Of a DNA stretch of 64,000 bases, positions 61,568-64,000 are shown one piece after another. The stretch lies in contig JAWKLG010000005.1 in NCBI GenBank assembly GCA_041392845.1, forward strand, positions 174,398 through 238,397, in the 5' to 3' direction. The translations under genes and the position numbers were made by a program. A model generated the notes under the pieces. It was not told where the DNA came from. It saw only the letters and a program-made list of their open reading frames with translations, and ran no database searches. This stretch comes from Saprospiraceae bacterium (GTDB lineage: Bacteria > Bacteroidota > Bacteroidia > Chitinophagales > Saprospiraceae). Each line of letters starts with the position of its first letter. Positions within the stretch are counted from its first letter, which is position 1.

Positions 61568-62028
61568 ACTTAAATTTTAGAAATTTTCTATTTCATAAAA
61601 CTGCCAATAAAAAGCTTGCCTTTAGCCTTTTATTGGCAGTTTTTTTCCTTGCCAACAGCTTTGCACAGCATTCAGAAGTGGAAGCCAGACTACAAGGTGT
61701 ATTTATAGAAGCCAACAAGGAAAAATTGTTGGGCAATTATGATAAGGCAGCAGAATTATTTGAGCAGGTCTTATTGAAAGATCCGGAAAATGATGTGGCT
61801 GCATTTGAGCTATCCAGGGTTTTGAACGAAGCAAAACGCTACGACGAAGCTGTTAAATATGCAAAAAAGGCGACTGGTATCGATCCGGAAAATCTTTGGT
61901 ACACTTTGTACCTGGGAGATCTTTATCACTCCATGGAACGATATACTGAGGCAGCGGATGTATTCTCTGGCTTTGAAAAATATCCTGAAAATGAAGAGTA
62001 TCCCTTGAAAAAGGCTTTTTTCTGGTAA
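61564..62028 (+). CDS. TPR-repeat protein, N-terminal portion, interrupted at a T6 tract
   Basis: Signal/TM then TPR repeats; ends KKAFFW* at tttttt (62016-62021). Confidence 0.6.
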   Translation: MNLNFRNFLFHKTANKKLAFSLLLAVFFLANSFAQHSEVEARLQGVFIEANKEKLLGNYDKAAELFEQVLLKDPENDVAAFELSRVLNEAKRYDEAVKYAKKATGIDPENLWYTLYLGDLYHSMERYTEAADVFSGFEKYPENEEYPLKKAFFW

Positions 62029-62081
62029 AGGCAAATCAACCGGAAGAAGCTATAAAAGTATATGAAGAGCTTGAAGCCAAA

Positions 62082-63293
62082 ATGGGCGTAAATGAAGAAT
62101 TGACTCGAAGAAAACAGGCACTATATGTTGGAATGGGAAATACTTCGAAAGCGACCAAAGAACTTGAAAAGTTGGTAGAGGCTTTTCCTCAAAACACTAA
62201 TTACAAACATATCCTTGCTGCTTACCTGATGCAAATCGATGAAAAAGGTAAAGCCGAAAAAGTATATGAATCTATTTTAAAAATAGATTCAAACGATGCA
62301 CAGGCTCAATTGGCCTTGAAAGGAGGAAGCAAACCATCAAGCGATATTGACAATTTTGTAGCTGGTTTAAAACCTATTTTTTCAAATAAGGAAGTTGGAA
62401 TTGACGCCAAGGTTAAACAAATCATTCCTCAAATACAAATGGTTGCCAATACCGGCAACAAAGCATTGGCTACTGGTTTGTTAGAACTTACTCAGGACCT
62501 TGAAACTGCTCATCCGGACGAACCTAAGGTGTACGCTATTGCCGGAGATCTTTATTTTTATACAAAAGACTACGAAAACGCTAAAAATAAATACGCCAAA
62601 GCCCTGGAATTGGATAAATCCATTTACCTGGTTTGGGAACAATACCTGATAAGTCTGGAAGAATTGGAGGATTATGAAATGCTGGCTCAAAGGTCTTCAG
62701 ATGCGCTGGATCTTTTTCCTAATCAAGGTATGTTGTACTATTTAAACGGACTAGCTTTAAGAGAGACCGGAGACAATTCATCTGCTATCATTTCTCTTAA
62801 TCAGGCAAAGATGATGTCTGGTCGAATTCCTCATATTTTGTATGGTGTACAGATAGAATTGGGAAAAGCTTACCACGCCAGCAATCGTTATGAAAAATCG
62901 GATGAAGCCTTCAAAGCTGCATTGGAGATGAATGCGAAAGATCCATTCCTTTTAAAAACCTATGCTGAAAGATTATTGGAAAGAGGAGAATACCCGGAAA
63001 AGGCAAAAGAAATGGCGGAACTTGCCAATTCTTTGCAGCCTTCCAATCCTGATATGGAATCATTGATGGGATGGACTTTCTATCAGGAAGGCAATTATAA
63101 TAAAGCAATAGAATGGTTGAATAAAGCTTATAACCAGAAACAAGATGCTGAGATTGCAGAGAGGTTAGGAGATGCATATTTCCAGAGTGGGAAATCAGAA
63201 GAAGCTTTGAAGTACTGGCAAATTGCTTTGGACAAAAACAAGGACAACAAAAAGCTTCAACAAAAAATTAAGGATAAAGCTTTGCCAAAATAA
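62082..63293 (+). CDS. TPR-repeat protein, C-terminal portion
   Basis: Frame open from 61995; translation across the T-run with one extra T gives ...KKAFFLVKANQPEEAIKVYEELEAKM..., a canonical TPR helix. Confidence 0.6.
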   Translation: MGVNEELTRRKQALYVGMGNTSKATKELEKLVEAFPQNTNYKHILAAYLMQIDEKGKAEKVYESILKIDSNDAQAQLALKGGSKPSSDIDNFVAGLKPIFSNKEVGIDAKVKQIIPQIQMVANTGNKALATGLLELTQDLETAHPDEPKVYAIAGDLYFYTKDYENAKNKYAKALELDKSIYLVWEQYLISLEELEDYEMLAQRSSDALDLFPNQGMLYYLNGLALRETGDNSSAIISLNQAKMMSGRIPHILYGVQIELGKAYHASNRYEKSDEAFKAALEMNAKDPFLLKTYAERLLERGEYPEKAKEMAELANSLQPSNPDMESLMGWTFYQEGNYNKAIEWLNKAYNQKQDAEIAERLGDAYFQSGKSEEALKYWQIALDKNKDNKKLQQKIKDKALPK

Positions 63294-63296
63294 GTT

Positions 63297-64000
63297 CTAT
63301 TTGGGCAATCTTACTGTGAAGGTAGTACCGACGTTTGGTTCTGAAGATTTTACAAAAATCTTTCCTTTGTGGTATTGTTCTACAATTCTTTTGGCAAGGG
63401 AAAGTCCAAGTCCCCATCCTCTTTTCTTGGTGGTGAAACCCGGTTGAAAAACAGTTTTAAATCTGGAAGAAGGAATACCTTTTCCGGTATCACTAATTTC
63501 AATATCCACATGTTTTTCCTGTTCAATAATTACTGCACTGATGGTTCCTTTACCATCCATTGCATCCAAGGCATTGCGCAATAAGTTTTCGATTACCCAG
63601 TGAAAAAGGTGGTTGTTTATTTTGATGATGATTGGAGGGTGGTCCATGCCGGGAAAAACAAAATCAACTTTCCGAGGAGCTCGTCTCTCCATATAAACCC
63701 TGGTTTTTTCAAGCTCTTCATATACATTGGCATCTTCCAATTCAGGTGCTGAGCCAATTTGGAAAAACGATCTGCTATCAATTCAAGACGGGTAACGTCA
63801 TTTCTCAACTCATCCATTACCTCCTGAGTTTCTTGATCATCTTCTTTGAGGAATCTCATATGATCTATCCAACCCAAAATAGCTGAAATCGGAGTACCCA
63901 ACTGATGGGCAGTTTCTTTGGCCATTCCCACCCAAACGAGGTTTTGTTCGAATTTTCGGGCGGAGGAAAATGCCACATATCCAAACCAAACGAAAACTGA
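63297..64000 (-). CDS. Sensor histidine kinase (HisKA plus HATPase_c), frame-interrupted between the two domains, N-terminus beyond the window
   Basis: HATPase_c (ENLLRNALDAM...DTGKGIP...GWGLGLSLAKRIV) in ORF 63297..63740. HisKA H-box (ETAHQLGTPISAILGWIDH) in overlapping ORF 63617..63976 in another frame. Confidence 0.6.

Overview
The window reads as Bacteroidota chromosome: low GC, T9SS C-terminal sorting domains, a SusC/SusD pair, FtsX/LolA-like ABC cluster, TAnnTTTG-type promoters. It is mostly core genes on both strands, including tig-clpP-clpX, lipA, tRNA-Leu(UAG), murF-alr fusion, fabH, flotillin/NfeD, coaX, dut and xerD. Interspersed are surface/secreted loci, and these are the parts worth a second look: (i) a giant 5'-truncated beta-rich ORF of more than 1673 aa, co-oriented with a 5xFN3 secreted protein and a beta-barrel OMP; (ii) an M43-like zinc metalloprotease with a T9SS tail, preceded by an 8-bp (CCCTATCT)n promoter microsatellite; (iii) two tandemly duplicated HYR/dockerin-like/T9SS-CTD proteins, conserved at both ends and divergent in the middle; (iv) an M1 (HEXXH-X18-E) peptidase pseudogene carrying one frameshift and five in-frame stops; (v) three genes (PspC-domain, TPR, histidine kinase) each split by a single-base indel inside a homopolymer, which may be assembly error, pseudogenization or phase variation; (vi) a ~45-nt intergenic motif present twice about 46 kb apart. 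No CRISPR array, rRNA, transposase or recognisable defence system was seen. Family assignments rest on motifs read by eye; no database searches were run.
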